DNA from: a virus
Taxonomy: Duplodnaviria > Caudoviricetes
Reading direction: 5' to 3' (one strand)
DNA length: 64,000 bases
Virus record (IMG/VR): IMGVR_UViG_3300032237_000868
Location: 25,157 to 89,156 of that record
A program made the position numbers and the translations under genes. Shown here one piece after another: positions 30,412 to 41,090 of this stretch. Within the stretch, counting starts at the first letter, position 1. Each line of letters begins with the position of its first letter. Under the pieces are notes generated by a model. The model was not told the origin of the DNA and did no database searches. It saw only the letters and a list, made by a program, of their open reading frames with translations.

Positions 30412-32013
30412 TTATTTATTTAATTTTCTACTATTTTTACCGTGAAATCCTCCCGGTACACCAATTCCATTACGTGTATTAATAGAAACTGGTTCGACTT
30501 TACTATCTGTATTCGTCGGTTTTACTCCATTCGCACCCGATGCGTAGCCGCCGCCAGTAACAAATACTCTTCGACTCAGCAACGGCTCTAAACGAGCTTG
30601 CAATGCTTCTAATTGTACAATTTGAACCGGCTTTTGTGTTTGGTTTGGCTCAGCATTACCTACATCTGGATGACTGTGATTATACCAATGTGTATGTTCC
30701 TTCAACCATTCACATAAATCATACAGCCAATCAAGTGTTGTCTGCCCCAACAACACGGGTTCATTGGTTTGATCATACTGACCCAAATAAATGGCTGGAC
30801 TGTTAATTACAGTTTTTTTATTAGTAGTTAGTACAATTTGATCGTGTGCGTCTAGTGTATATTCACTGTCTGTAACAATGCCATATCGATTTTTGCTGTA
30901 ATGGAAAGTTTCTGCAAATCTACTACTCAAAATAAGACGATCTGTTTGTATGACGATTTGATCGCCGTTATACTTTGGTTTAGTAAATTCAGTGGCTCCT
31001 TTTGGCGAAAATAATGGCTGTTCTTCCATTACTTCTTTACAGAATATAGTCTTGTAGACTGTGGTTTTCCATTCACTTTCTATTAATCCAGACGTAATAT
31101 GAATACTACTGCCGTCGTTATTAATGTCTTCTTCTATAATACCACCGGTATTTTTCTCCAAATTTGTTATTTTTGGAATTGGATTTAATAAAGGATGCAA
31201 TGGTGTATCTCGCTTCTCGTTGCCCAATGGACGCTGACGATTTCTAATCAAAATCATTGGATTTCCAGAATTCTTATAATCCGGATATCGCGTATCACCT
31301 ATATCATTTTTTCGCAAAGCATCATATGCGGAAAAACGAATGGATTGACCATGACGGCTTTCAATTGTTAAATCACCTTCAAATTTACGAACGGCGCGTA
31401 TTTTATTGTTAGCAGTAAAATACGATCCTATTACACCACTGTTGTTTGTGTTTTTTACCGATTTAGGTCCAATATAAGAAATCGGTCCTTTAATTTCAAT
31501 GATATTTTTATTAATGTTTTGAAAATCGTCTTGCCGATTACCAGATGTATTACCTTCTGTTTTTTCAACATTAAAATTAACATTGTTATTAATAAAACCG
31601 TTGATATTTAACTTACTGAAATAATACCATTCGTTTCTGTATTTTATAACAGTGACTATTTCATGTAATAATGGATACTCGATCAATCCTGTGGAATGGA
31701 TTGGCTTTGCCCAAGACAATGCTTCTTTAGGTAAATTTATCTGCGAATGTAATAATCTAAAACAAATGCGCCCGATATAACTATAGTTTTTATCTTTTGG
31801 ATTTGCTGGCTCGTCTTTGTAATTATCGGGCCATTGATTTACAATAAGATTTTTTATTTCTGGATGATTTTCATCATAAATGACATCTAATACAACAGCT
31901 TCTTCAAATTCATAGAATTCTGAAAGTTGTGCCGATGAATCATTTGTACGAAATCCAGCATCATGAATTCTAGAGTTATTACCAATATCATTTTTTATAT
32001 TCCAATATGACAT
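30412..32013 (-). CDS. Baseplate hub / central spike (gp5-like)
   Basis: EGDLTIESRHGQSIRF; C-terminal HTHWYNHSHP metal-binding apex-like motif. Confidence 0.7.
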   Translation of the reverse strand: MSYWNIKNDIGNNSRIHDAGFRTNDSSAQLSEFYEFEEAVVLDVIYDENHPEIKNLIVNQWPDNYKDEPANPKDKNYSYIGRICFRLLHSQINLPKEALSWAKPIHSTGLIEYPLLHEIVTVIKYRNEWYYFSKLNINGFINNNVNFNVEKTEGNTSGNRQDDFQNINKNIIEIKGPISYIGPKSVKNTNNSGVIGSYFTANNKIRAVRKFEGDLTIESRHGQSIRFSAYDALRKNDIGDTRYPDYKNSGNPMILIRNRQRPLGNEKRDTPLHPLLNPIPKITNLEKNTGGIIEEDINNDGSSIHITSGLIESEWKTTVYKTIFCKEVMEEQPLFSPKGATEFTKPKYNGDQIVIQTDRLILSSRFAETFHYSKNRYGIVTDSEYTLDAHDQIVLTTNKKTVINSPAIYLGQYDQTNEPVLLGQTTLDWLYDLCEWLKEHTHWYNHSHPDVGNAEPNQTQKPVQIVQLEALQARLEPLLSRRVFVTGGGYASGANGVKPTNTDSKVEPVSINTRNGIGVPGGFHGKNSRKLNK

Positions 32014-32014
32014 A

Positions 32015-32383
32015 TTATTTATCCTTACTAGGCAAAGGTTTACTCACTTCTTTAGCAATTGTATTGGCTTCTTCCATCAACTGCTTGCGCTCTTCTTCGC
32101 TCAATCCAAAAGCTCCTTCACCTTCTTTTCCAGCATTATTAGAAGCCAATCGTTGAACAATTGCTGCCAATTTCACCAATTGTTCATCATTTTTAACAGT
32201 CACATCGAGATACTCACGAATTAATGGAATAATAATAATTGCATCATTTGGTGACTTAACCATAATACGAAGATCGTCGATTAATTTTTGAATTGTATCA
32301 TTACGATCCTCACTGTTCACTACAATATCCTTCAACAATGAAGAAAATTTCTTACCTTTATAAATTTCAAATTCAAAGTCCAT
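32015..32383 (-). CDS. Hypothetical protein
   Basis: 122 aa helical ORF. Confidence 0.7.
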   Translation of the reverse strand: MDFEFEIYKGKKFSSLLKDIVVNSEDRNDTIQKLIDDLRIMVKSPNDAIIIIPLIREYLDVTVKNDEQLVKLAAIVQRLASNNAGKEGEGAFGLSEEERKQLMEEANTIAKEVSKPLPSKDK

Positions 32384-32395
32384 AATGAATAAATA

Positions 32396-33322
32396 TTACA
32401 ATTTATAAGGATTGTTTTGCAAAACACCATTATTTGTATAAGACTTGGTTATATTGTTTTGATATTGCTTCATTTTGTTAATTACCTTTGTAATTTGTTG
32501 AGTCTTGCATGCGCTAATTTCTCTGATATAAAGATATAATGCTTTCTTGTTAAAAGAATCAATACGATCACTATTACGAAATAACTCAATAACAGCGTTG
32601 GCAATGTTTAAATCTTTTTGTTTGGTAAAAATCTTACCAACGTGTTTTTCCCAATAGTCAATCATCATTTTCATGAATTCGGACATCTCGGTATTCTTGT
32701 AATAAGAATCTTCAACTTGTAAACATACAGCGGTCTCACTTGGAGTATCGCTAATATCTACATTTTGCTTGAAACGTTTATAATTGTTATTATTATGAAA
32801 AATTAAATAATGCTTGGCTACAATACTAAAATAACCAAATGCTTTGCCTTTGTCCTGTTGATATTTATTCAAATTAACAACCAAATGTGCAACTGTTTCT
32901 CTTTGAATTTCCAGTGGAGATGTTTCAAAATATGTAAATTTAAATGTATTAAATATATTTTCAACTAGTTTTTCAAACCCATATTTAATACGTTCGTTAT
33001 AAATAATATTGCGTTTATCAGGATCCTCTTCCAGATTATATTCCACAACAGCATTTTCCGTATCTTGTGTAAAATACATAACGGGCGGTTTTTTTGCTTT
33101 TTTTTCTTTTACTGGCAATTCATTTGCCTCCAAAATGATTTCAGGAACCGCAATTGTAATATTTGGTTCCTTGTGCATTTCAGTTTTTTTATCTAATGAT
33201 TTTTTGACTTTCTTTTCTGGATCTTTTTTAGTCGCAATAAGTTTGAGTGTTTTTTTATTTTTCTTTTTTGATGTGATCTTTTTTAATTTTTTTTTATTAC
33301 GTTTCTTTATGGCTTTTATCAT
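32396..33322 (-). CDS. Putative phage sigma factor (gp55-like) with Lys-rich N-terminus
   Basis: LNKYQQDKGKAFGYFSIVAKHYLI resembles sigma region 2. Confidence 0.55.
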   Translation of the reverse strand: MIKAIKKRNKKKLKKITSKKKNKKTLKLIATKKDPEKKVKKSLDKKTEMHKEPNITIAVPEIILEANELPVKEKKAKKPPVMYFTQDTENAVVEYNLEEDPDKRNIIYNERIKYGFEKLVENIFNTFKFTYFETSPLEIQRETVAHLVVNLNKYQQDKGKAFGYFSIVAKHYLIFHNNNNYKRFKQNVDISDTPSETAVCLQVEDSYYKNTEMSEFMKMMIDYWEKHVGKIFTKQKDLNIANAVIELFRNSDRIDSFNKKALYLYIREISACKTQQITKVINKMKQYQNNITKSYTNNGVLQNNPYKL

Positions 33323-33582
33323 AATTGAGATTTTAGTTTTTCTATTAACCTAACAATATTTGAAAAAACAAAGCCAACATCATCGTCTTTTTCAAACATT
33401 TGTTTGTCATCAATCAATTTTAATTTATTATAAGTAATATTGATTGCTTTTTCAATATCCGAAATCCACTGTTCATATTGTTCATTTTTATCGATGCTGC
33501 GATTTAACATAGCTCCGAAATAAAAATTAATCACAATAGATGAAAGTAATAATACACTCAATATAACGATTGTCAATATCAT
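33319..33582 (-). CDS. Small membrane-anchored coiled-coil protein
   Basis: N-terminal hydrophobic helix. Confidence 0.65.
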   Translation of the reverse strand: MILTIVILSVLLLSSIVINFYFGAMLNRSIDKNEQYEQWISDIEKAINITYNKLKLIDDKQMFEKDDDVGFVFSNIVRLIEKLKSQL

Positions 33583-33598
33583 ATATTTATTTTATTTT

Positions 33599-33742
33599 TT
33601 AATCTTCATCTTCTTCATCGGCTGATGATTGATCACAGAAATCAGACAAATATTCAATAGCTTCTTCAACCATTGTCCAGTCTTCTAATTTGTGTGCGTG
33701 TTTTAAAATTTTTTTTACTTCTTGAATATCAGATTCTTCCAT
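33599..33742 (-). CDS. Small acidic protein (47 aa, not in track)
   Basis: Manual ORF MEESDIQEVKKILKHAHKLEDW...DEEDED. Confidence 0.55.
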   Translation of the reverse strand: MEESDIQEVKKILKHAHKLEDWTMVEEAIEYLSDFCDQSSADEEDED

Positions 33743-33821
33743 ATGTAATTTTATTCAACTGTTATCTATATATAATCAACTTATTAAAAACAATAAAATA
33801 TTTTAAATAAGATGATATAGA

Positions 33822-34748
33822 TCAATCAATCGGATTGGGAGGTAAATTATTATCTAATGTATATTTGCTTATATATTTATCTGAAAATCTAATACCGGCA
33901 TAAGTTTCATAATCATGTAGAGATCTTATAGAACCAAATACATTTAAAAAATTTTCATTTGATTTTTCCATTTTAAATAAAATTCGATGTTTTTTTGTTG
34001 ATATGGAATCGTACTCAATCCAAGATTTTTTAGTATTATTAATATTATCATTCCAGTGTGTGGGACGATAAGATCTTTTATATTGATGCCATGCAATTAG
34101 TTGATGTGGATGATATAAATCATATCCGTTAGTAAATGCACGAACAGCAATATTGGTTTCTTCTCCATAAAAATAATAATCCAAATCATGTGGAACCAAT
34201 TTACAAAAACTACCGTCTGTGAATGCAAAATGTGCGCTATAAAATCTAGCAGGAATTGGTTTTTCTAGATTTTGGAAATTTAAAATTGGCTCGGGCACAA
34301 AAAACAATGGACCATCATCCATAAATTTTTCAACTTTCATCTGCCAAGCTTCATTTAAAAATTCTCCGGTAAATGGATCGTAGTTAGGAAGATAGGTTGT
34401 CAATAATGGTCGTTCGCTTCCCATATCTTTGCATTGTTGATACATATTCAACAACAAAGTATCCCATCCTTTTACAAATCGGTGATGACTGTCCAAATGA
34501 AGTGTATATTCTTCATTATTATATTTTTGCTGAATTAAATTACGTGCCCAACAAACACCTTTGCTATCAACACAAGGAATATCAATATATTCTATTAAAT
34601 GTTTTATAGGGTCGATAGATTCTAAATCATCGTGTTGCCACGCTACTACAATACGCAGTTGTTTTGGATCATTGGCTTTTTCAACTAAATCTAAAACAGT
34701 CGGTATTAATTCAGGATCTCTATAACTTGCTATTTGAACGAATAACAT
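33822..34748 (-). CDS. Glycosyltransferase, GlcNAc-transferase-like (Gnt1/GT60-type)
   Basis: FVQIASYRDPEL, GVCWAR, LHLDSHHRF, YFYGEE. Confidence 0.82.
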   Translation of the reverse strand: MLFVQIASYRDPELIPTVLDLVEKANDPKQLRIVVAWQHDDLESIDPIKHLIEYIDIPCVDSKGVCWARNLIQQKYNNEEYTLHLDSHHRFVKGWDTLLLNMYQQCKDMGSERPLLTTYLPNYDPFTGEFLNEAWQMKVEKFMDDGPLFFVPEPILNFQNLEKPIPARFYSAHFAFTDGSFCKLVPHDLDYYFYGEETNIAVRAFTNGYDLYHPHQLIAWHQYKRSYRPTHWNDNINNTKKSWIEYDSISTKKHRILFKMEKSNENFLNVFGSIRSLHDYETYAGIRFSDKYISKYTLDNNLPPNPID

Positions 34749-34760
34749 TTTTTAAATATA

Positions 34761-35810
34761 TTATGCTAAACTTGCAGATCTTAATCTTCCATTTGCGCTT
34801 CTAGCGAATAAATACATAATTCCATTATCTTCAATTACAGCAAAACTGCCACTTACCAACGAACTTGTATAAGCATAATTGCTACTTGAAATTACATTGT
34901 ATCCGGTGGAATATACATATCCACTACTACTTACGCAAAAAGTAGTTGTATAAGTGGAACTGCTAACAGAAGAGCTTCCGTAAACTACTTCAATTGCCTT
35001 TTTAAGATGATTTACTTGAGGATTATTTGTACTACTTCCGCTGTAAACATTAATTAATAATCTTGAAGATGTGTTTGGTGTGCCTGAATCGGCTCCGATA
35101 TTAAAAGTTCCATCCAAAGATACACTTTGAACACTTGATAATGGCCAAAAATAAAATCCGTTGCCTGCAATACGCAATGTACGAATAGTACCATTTCCAT
35201 CTGGGTCATTGCTTTGTTTACTAATCAGTTGATTTGATCCGCTATATGTTATTAAATCAAACATTCCTCTTGAACTTCCGGTGTTTTGTGTTCCGCACGT
35301 TAATGTCCACGAATCTGACGAAGTATACATGCTTTGCATTATAACTCCACAATTATATGTGCCCCGTGCAGTGAAAAATCCCTGTCCGTTTTCAACTATA
35401 ATATTTGCATATGAAAACAAATAAGAAGATAATGAACTTGTATAATAAATACTGGAATTTCCAAGCGCGATGTTACTTGTCCAAATAGGTAAATAATTAA
35501 CAGTTCCGCTGCCATTTACACCACCGCCACTACCAGATACATAACTAGCGGTCAAAGCGTAACTGGAACTAATAGTATTTATTGAGTAACTAGACGTAAC
35601 TGCTCGACTTGAGCTAATGGAACTGCTTGCATAACTTGATGTGCCAATCAATGATCCAGAAAAACTACCGGTGCTAACTAATGACTGTACCTGCCCCAGT
35701 GTGGCACGATAAGTTAACAAACTGCTGCTTTTGTCAACCGCAAAAAAATCTTCCGTTTTTAATAACGAAGGAAATGTATTCAATTCACTGATTTTAATTG
35801 TTCCTGCCAT
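34761..35810 (-). CDS. Ser-rich tail fibre-like protein
   Basis: IKISEL start, SSYA/TASY repeats. Confidence 0.65.
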   Translation of the reverse strand: MAGTIKISELNTFPSLLKTEDFFAVDKSSSLLTYRATLGQVQSLVSTGSFSGSLIGTSSYASSSISSSRAVTSSYSINTISSSYALTASYVSGSGGGVNGSGTVNYLPIWTSNIALGNSSIYYTSSLSSYLFSYANIIVENGQGFFTARGTYNCGVIMQSMYTSSDSWTLTCGTQNTGSSRGMFDLITYSGSNQLISKQSNDPDGNGTIRTLRIAGNGFYFWPLSSVQSVSLDGTFNIGADSGTPNTSSRLLINVYSGSSTNNPQVNHLKKAIEVVYGSSSVSSSTYTTTFCVSSSGYVYSTGYNVISSSNYAYTSSLVSGSFAVIEDNGIMYLFARSANGRLRSASLA

Positions 35811-35812
35811 AA

Positions 35813-36937
35813 TTATGTTGTGGATTCTAAAATTGAAAGTGTTGCTGGTATAGTAAATGAGCCACCGATACTATTAATATAAATTGTATCCCCACCGCTA
35901 GTTGTGTACTTTACACTGTATGTTCTTGATGACAAATCCGTTGCAGTATCAATATATGTTACCGATCCTCCATAAGTTATACCATTGTCAGACCAAACAA
36001 ATTTATCTACTAATAATGTGCTATCTTTATACAAGCTTCCATACCCCCATCCTGTTCCGTTGTATACCGTAATAGTTACAGAAACATGAATTATAAATTT
36101 GGAAGTTGCAGTCTTTGGAGTTACTGTTTTTGATATTCCCGTGTATAAAGTAGGATAAACTACGTTAGTAGTTGCAGCAGTAGTATCAATTGCGCTATAA
36201 GATGTTAACAATCCAGTCTGCGATTGATTGGCTAGATAACTTGCGGTGACTGCATAACTTGATGTGAGTGCATAACTACTGCTTAAATTATAACTCGATG
36301 ACACAGAACTTGATGCCCAACTTGACGTACCATAAAAACCAATTCCCGATGAATTGCTTGCAGTAAATAAAGAAGTAATTTTACCATTGATGGTTAACGA
36401 TGCGGGAGATGTAAATAAAGATGGTTGATATAAAAAATCACCATCGCCGGCAAATGTTCCTGCTGGATTATTAAATTGAACAGAATAACGTGGACCGCCG
36501 GGTTGCGTTAACGTGCTCGCTGCACTAATTTGAATACAATTATTTATGCTGTCATCTAATAATTGAATATTATTTCCAGCACTAATGTTTTTTAATTGAA
36601 TTGTATTACCGGTTTTTTGTTTAAAAACTCCAGCACCTTGATTTCCAACATTTGTAGCAGTTGTGTTATCGTTATTTAACGCGTATGATGATGTAGTGGC
36701 ATAAACGGAATTCATTGCCCAGCTACTTGTGCCGAGAAATGATCCAGTAAAACTACCAGTGAAACTGCCGGTATACGCACCACTTATACTGGTCGCGTAT
36801 TTGCTAAATTCAAGTGCCGTTATTTTTTTTGTTTCTTGATGTGCTACATCTGTGATCGCTAATAAATCCACTCCCCTAGACGCCGAAATTTCAGCGGCAC
36901 TATAACTGGTCAAATCTGTGATCTTTTTATTAGACAT
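35813..36937 (-). CDS. Ser/Thr-rich tail fibre-like protein
   Basis: KKITDL start, GSFTGSFTGSF, SSYA repeats. Confidence 0.65.
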   Translation of the reverse strand: MSNKKITDLTSYSAAEISASRGVDLLAITDVAHQETKKITALEFSKYATSISGAYTGSFTGSFTGSFLGTSSWAMNSVYATTSSYALNNDNTTATNVGNQGAGVFKQKTGNTIQLKNISAGNNIQLLDDSINNCIQISAASTLTQPGGPRYSVQFNNPAGTFAGDGDFLYQPSLFTSPASLTINGKITSLFTASNSSGIGFYGTSSWASSSVSSSYNLSSSYALTSSYAVTASYLANQSQTGLLTSYSAIDTTAATTNVVYPTLYTGISKTVTPKTATSKFIIHVSVTITVYNGTGWGYGSLYKDSTLLVDKFVWSDNGITYGGSVTYIDTATDLSSRTYSVKYTTSGGDTIYINSIGGSFTIPATLSILESTT

Positions 36938-36966
36938 ATACGTTTAATATATATAAATATATTTAA

Positions 36967-37683
36967 TTATAAATTTTTTATTTTTTTAATAATATATTTT
37001 ACCAATCCACTGCGAACAATGTCTTCTTCGGTGAATTTAAAGGTAAATATACCGTTTTCTCTACTATCCGCATCATCAAACAAATTTACAATTTTTGTAA
37101 ATCCGCTTTTATTTCCAATGTCAGATTGCTCCGGATCGCCAATTACAAAAACTTTACTAAACTCACCAATACGTGTAATAAGCGTAATAAGTTCTTTCTG
37201 TGTCATATTTTGAGATTCGTCTGCGACAATACATTTAGCGTTCCAATTCAATCCTCGCAAAAACCCAATAGGAATGCTCGAAACACGTCCGTCTTTCTCC
37301 AAAGCATCGACTTCAGATTTTGGTAATAATTCATTTAATTTTTCCAAAAGTGGCTGCATATAAGGTGCCATTTTTTCGTTGGCTTCACCCGGCAAAAATC
37401 CAATTTTACTATCAGCACTTTCAACTGCACTTCTTAAATAAAGTAAATCACTCACTTTTTTTAAATTCATTAATTGTAATGCAGCCATTATACTTACATA
37501 CGTTTTGGATGTTCCTGCCGGACCACTAATAAAAATTAATTTTGTATTTTTGTCCATGGCGAGTTCTAAAAATTGTTTTTGCTTTTCAGTCAACTCGCGC
37601 TTTGTAATACTCAATTCATTTTTGATTTTTGATTTTTGTGGTACGATTGGACTTGTATCTTTGGTAGATTTATTTTTTTTCAT
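36967..37683 (-). CDS. phoH: PhoH-like ATPase
   Basis: GPAGTSKT, GFLPG, FLRGLNW, DESQN, GDPEQSD, DIVRSGLV. Confidence 0.95.
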   Translation of the reverse strand: MKKNKSTKDTSPIVPQKSKIKNELSITKRELTEKQKQFLELAMDKNTKLIFISGPAGTSKTYVSIMAALQLMNLKKVSDLLYLRSAVESADSKIGFLPGEANEKMAPYMQPLLEKLNELLPKSEVDALEKDGRVSSIPIGFLRGLNWNAKCIVADESQNMTQKELITLITRIGEFSKVFVIGDPEQSDIGNKSGFTKIVNLFDDADSRENGIFTFKFTEEDIVRSGLVKYIIKKIKNL

Positions 37684-37688
37684 GCAAG

Positions 37689-38015
37689 TTATAAATTGTA
37701 TACAATGGTTTTTAATTTCTCTTCAATTTTTTTTATTCGAGTACACAATTCATATTTTTCAGTCGAAATATAGTAATTATATACATTTTCTAAATTTTGT
37801 TTGAAAGTTTCATGTGAAAGCGTTATGACAAAATCAGATCTTTTAAATTTAAATACTTCCACAACTTCTAATTTTTTTTCAATGGCATATGCGATGGAAG
37901 ATACTACTTGCTCTGTCATCATTGTTTTATTTTTTTTGATAAATTTGTCCATCTCCGAAAAATCCGAAGGTAACAAATATGGTTTATATGTAACATTTAA
38001 TGGTTTTTTTGCCAT
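37689..38015 (-). CDS. Hypothetical protein
   Basis: 108 aa ORF. Confidence 0.7.
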   Translation of the reverse strand: MAKKPLNVTYKPYLLPSDFSEMDKFIKKNKTMMTEQVVSSIAYAIEKKLEVVEVFKFKRSDFVITLSHETFKQNLENVYNYYISTEKYELCTRIKKIEEKLKTIVYNL

Positions 38016-38050
38016 ACATTAATAAGTATCAACAAATCATTTACAAAAAC

Positions 38051-38086
38051 AAAAAAACGTCATCAAATTTTTATTTGATGACGTTT
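38051..38086 (-). terminator. Intrinsic terminator
   Basis: AAACGTCATCAAA/TTTGATGACGTTT plus T-tract. Confidence 0.8.
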
Positions 38087-38107
38087 ATATTTATATATTT
38101 GTGTATA

Positions 38108-38356
38108 TTACTTCTTGCGTCTGTTTTTATTGGGAATTGTTTTATTTTTGTTACTAATAGGTAACGTATTGGTGGATGTTTCTACCAAAACCGTTTGTTG
38201 CAACTGTCTAATTCTGCGTTGAGCCGTGTATTTCCAATTCAATTTGGTACGAGGACTTGCATAATTAAATGTTTGTCCGGATGTTAATAACTGAATAACT
38301 TCAGTCTCACTTGTAGCTTGAGCAATACGCTCTTTCAATCCAATAGGTGCATTCAT
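38108..38356 (-). CDS. Hypothetical protein
   Basis: 82 aa ORF. Confidence 0.6.
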   Translation of the reverse strand: MNAPIGLKERIAQATSETEVIQLLTSGQTFNYASPRTKLNWKYTAQRRIRQLQQTVLVETSTNTLPISNKNKTIPNKNRRKK

Positions 38357-38361
38357 AATAA

Positions 38362-38577
38362 TTAATAAATGCGATGTTTCTTATCGTTGTACTCTTCAAC
38401 GGTGATTTTTGTGCCATCCGGCCATGTCTGTAAAATACGCTGCCAATGCTCAACTTCTTCAGTTGCATCATTAATATCATCGTATTCACGATCACTTACA
38501 CGAATACCACTACGAATAACAACATACTTCTTTTTAGAAGCTGTTCCAGTGTCTTGCTTACTTAGTTTAGTAGCCAT
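38362..38577 (-). CDS. Hypothetical protein
   Basis: 71 aa ORF. Confidence 0.65.
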   Translation of the reverse strand: MATKLSKQDTGTASKKKYVVIRSGIRVSDREYDDINDATEEVEHWQRILQTWPDGTKITVEEYNDKKHRIY

Positions 38578-38657
38578 AATATACTATCCTTTTTAATTCA
38601 TACTATTTTTTGGTTTTATTAAAAATGATATGCGATAACCAGTCAACATATCAAAAA

Positions 38658-39164
38658 TTATTCATCAATATTTTTAACTCTATATTTATCTTTTTTTGTA
38701 GGATGCAATGCCACAGAATCATAATAAAAATATTGTGTCTGTTCAAATGTTACATTATATACTTTAATTCCTCCCAAAGGAAAATGTGGCTTACCGACAT
38801 CTATATATTCCATAAAATATATTTTATAAAATACAGGATATTTGGCTACGATTACACGGCTTCCAATATCTGTGTGTTTAGTTATTCGTCTTTCGACTGG
38901 AATATTATGATATACTTCATGGAAAATACTTGAAGGAGGAAATGATTTTGATATAATTTGTAAATCTGAAAAAGATTCCTCTACTTCAATCTCTGTTTTT
39001 TTTGGAACTTCGACTTTTTTAACAGAGCTTTTGCTAACCTTTTTTGATTTTATTTGTTTTTCTACTTTTTTAGAAATAGAAGAAGCGACTTCTTTTACAT
39101 CATTGCCTTTTAATTTTTTAGTAATGATGTCTTTAAAGTCGCCCTTTTTCTTTGGTCGAGCCAT
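38658..39164 (-). CDS. Hypothetical Lys-rich protein
   Basis: 168 aa ORF. Confidence 0.65.
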   Translation of the reverse strand: MARPKKKGDFKDIITKKLKGNDVKEVASSISKKVEKQIKSKKVSKSSVKKVEVPKKTEIEVEESFSDLQIISKSFPPSSIFHEVYHNIPVERRITKHTDIGSRVIVAKYPVFYKIYFMEYIDVGKPHFPLGGIKVYNVTFEQTQYFYYDSVALHPTKKDKYRVKNIDE

Positions 39165-39169
39165 ACGTG

Positions 39170-40186
39170 TTACTTCAACACCAACAATTTTGTACCCTTA
39201 ATCAATTTACGATTTGTACTGGTGCTTTGAACAAAAATATCAAATGCATTATGAGAAGCAGGATTTACTTTTACTTCTTGATCAGGCAACGCCAACATAG
39301 CTCTAGCGTTTACACCACTATATACTTTACCATTCAATTTATCTTGAATGCATACTTGCTTGTAGCTTTGAATTTTCTCAGCTTTCGTAAGCTGATAATA
39401 TGAAGAACCATTGACATATGGTGTCTTGGTCCAGCTTTCAACAAAATGCTTGATTACACTATCATTTTGAACTGGAATCAATAAATAATCGGTTGCAGGT
39501 AACTGAGTTAGATTATTTGAAACAGTTGCGCTTGTCAATTTGGTAACATCAAGATCAAACAAATTCTTGGTACTACGAATTCCTTTAGCGCGAGCCGCCA
39601 TGAAATTATCGGTTGCCGCTTTGATAGTTTCACCAGCTTTTTCAACACCGCCAACAGTTGCGCTCCATACTTGGATATTATTGGATGAAAATCCAAATTT
39701 CTTAGCTTCATGAACACCAGTTTGGTCAGGAACCAAAACTGCAACTGTCCAATTGTCAGGTAGATTTTTAAGTTTGGTAGCCAAATGTGCAGGAGTGTGC
39801 CGGCTATTGTTTTCTGCACCATCGGTCAACACGTAAGACAAAAATGCATGATCACCATACTTTTGAGGAGTCAATGCAAGATCATCTAATGCAGTTACAG
39901 TTCCATCAATCAATGATGTATTTCCACCAGTACGATAATAATCTTTTAGTGATGGAAGACGTAGTACATCCTTATCATAAATCAAACAACTAACGTTGTC
40001 ATTGAAAAGATAAACAGTGACGCGAGTTTCTTGATCCAATTCTTTGCTGCGAGTAGCAAGATGTTTAATTTGAGCATCGAAAACTTTTACAACTTCATTT
40101 GAAAGACTTCCCATTGATCCAGAAGAATCTACGACGAATACAATGTGATTAATATAATTTTGTAAATTTTTATTAGTAATATTCAT
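39170..40186 (-). CDS. von Willebrand factor A domain protein
   Basis: VFVVDSSGSM MIDAS, GGNT, LTDGAEN. Confidence 0.88.
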   Translation of the reverse strand: MNITNKNLQNYINHIVFVVDSSGSMGSLSNEVVKVFDAQIKHLATRSKELDQETRVTVYLFNDNVSCLIYDKDVLRLPSLKDYYRTGGNTSLIDGTVTALDDLALTPQKYGDHAFLSYVLTDGAENNSRHTPAHLATKLKNLPDNWTVAVLVPDQTGVHEAKKFGFSSNNIQVWSATVGGVEKAGETIKAATDNFMAARAKGIRSTKNLFDLDVTKLTSATVSNNLTQLPATDYLLIPVQNDSVIKHFVESWTKTPYVNGSSYYQLTKAEKIQSYKQVCIQDKLNGKVYSGVNARAMLALPDQEVKVNPASHNAFDIFVQSTSTNRKLIKGTKLLVLK

Positions 40187-40241
40187 AATTAAATATTGAT
40201 GTAAATTTATCGGTTTTAATTAATTGTTGTTATGAGATGAA

Positions 40242-41090
40242 TTAAACAGCAATATCCATTTTTATGCTTGGATGGGACTCGTATCCGATTAAATCGGAAT
40301 CTGTATATTTCCAGTCAAAGATAGATTTCCAGTCATTTGTCGTTATTTTTGGTAAAGATTTGCAATCTCTAGTAATTTGAAGCTTGATTTTATCAATGTG
40401 ATTCGTGTACAGATGTAAATCTGCAAGAAATCCTGTTAAGGTTCCTTCTTTTAGTCCCGCTTCTTTTGCTAATAAATGCAATAATAAACCATAACTAGAA
40501 ATATTGAACGGAAGTCCTAAACCTGAGCAAACTGATCTTTGCATCCACCACAGATTTAATTTATCTTCAATTACAATAACTCCCCACATCACATGGCAAG
40601 GCGGTAATGCTTGCGTTTTCATATCCATTGGAGACCATGCAGAGCATACCATTCTCCGACTGGTATTATCAGTTTTTAAGGTGTCAACTATATATTTTAG
40701 TTGATCAATCTTTTGATTGGGCGACTTTCCTCTCCATACAACTCCATAAATGTCTCCCAAATCTGGTTCTTCTAACATTTTCTGTTTCGTATCGGCGTCG
40801 TTTGCATACGGCACTTTCATTGGATTGCACCATTCATCCCAAATGTGATTATTTTGAGCTTGTAGCCATCTTTTATCACTCATTCCTTTAATGAAAAATT
40901 CTAGCTCTGAAGATACCAGTCTAAATGGAATTTTTTTAGTAGTCAATATCGGAAAACCGTCGCTCATGTCATGTTGAAACATAGCACCGGCAATAGTCAA
41001 ACAATCTACACCGGTTCGATTCTTTTTGAGTCGTCCGTTGGTTAGAATGTCGTTTACAATTCTAAAATATTCTGTGTCTACTTTGTTCAT
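40242..41090 (-). CDS. thyA: Thymidylate synthase
   Basis: FPILTTKK, IWDEW, SRRMVCSAW, LPPCH, QRSVCSGLGLPFNISSY. Confidence 0.96.
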   Translation of the reverse strand: MNKVDTEYFRIVNDILTNGRLKKNRTGVDCLTIAGAMFQHDMSDGFPILTTKKIPFRLVSSELEFFIKGMSDKRWLQAQNNHIWDEWCNPMKVPYANDADTKQKMLEEPDLGDIYGVVWRGKSPNQKIDQLKYIVDTLKTDNTSRRMVCSAWSPMDMKTQALPPCHVMWGVIVIEDKLNLWWMQRSVCSGLGLPFNISSYGLLLHLLAKEAGLKEGTLTGFLADLHLYTNHIDKIKLQITRDCKSLPKITTNDWKSIFDWKYTDSDLIGYESHPSIKMDIAV

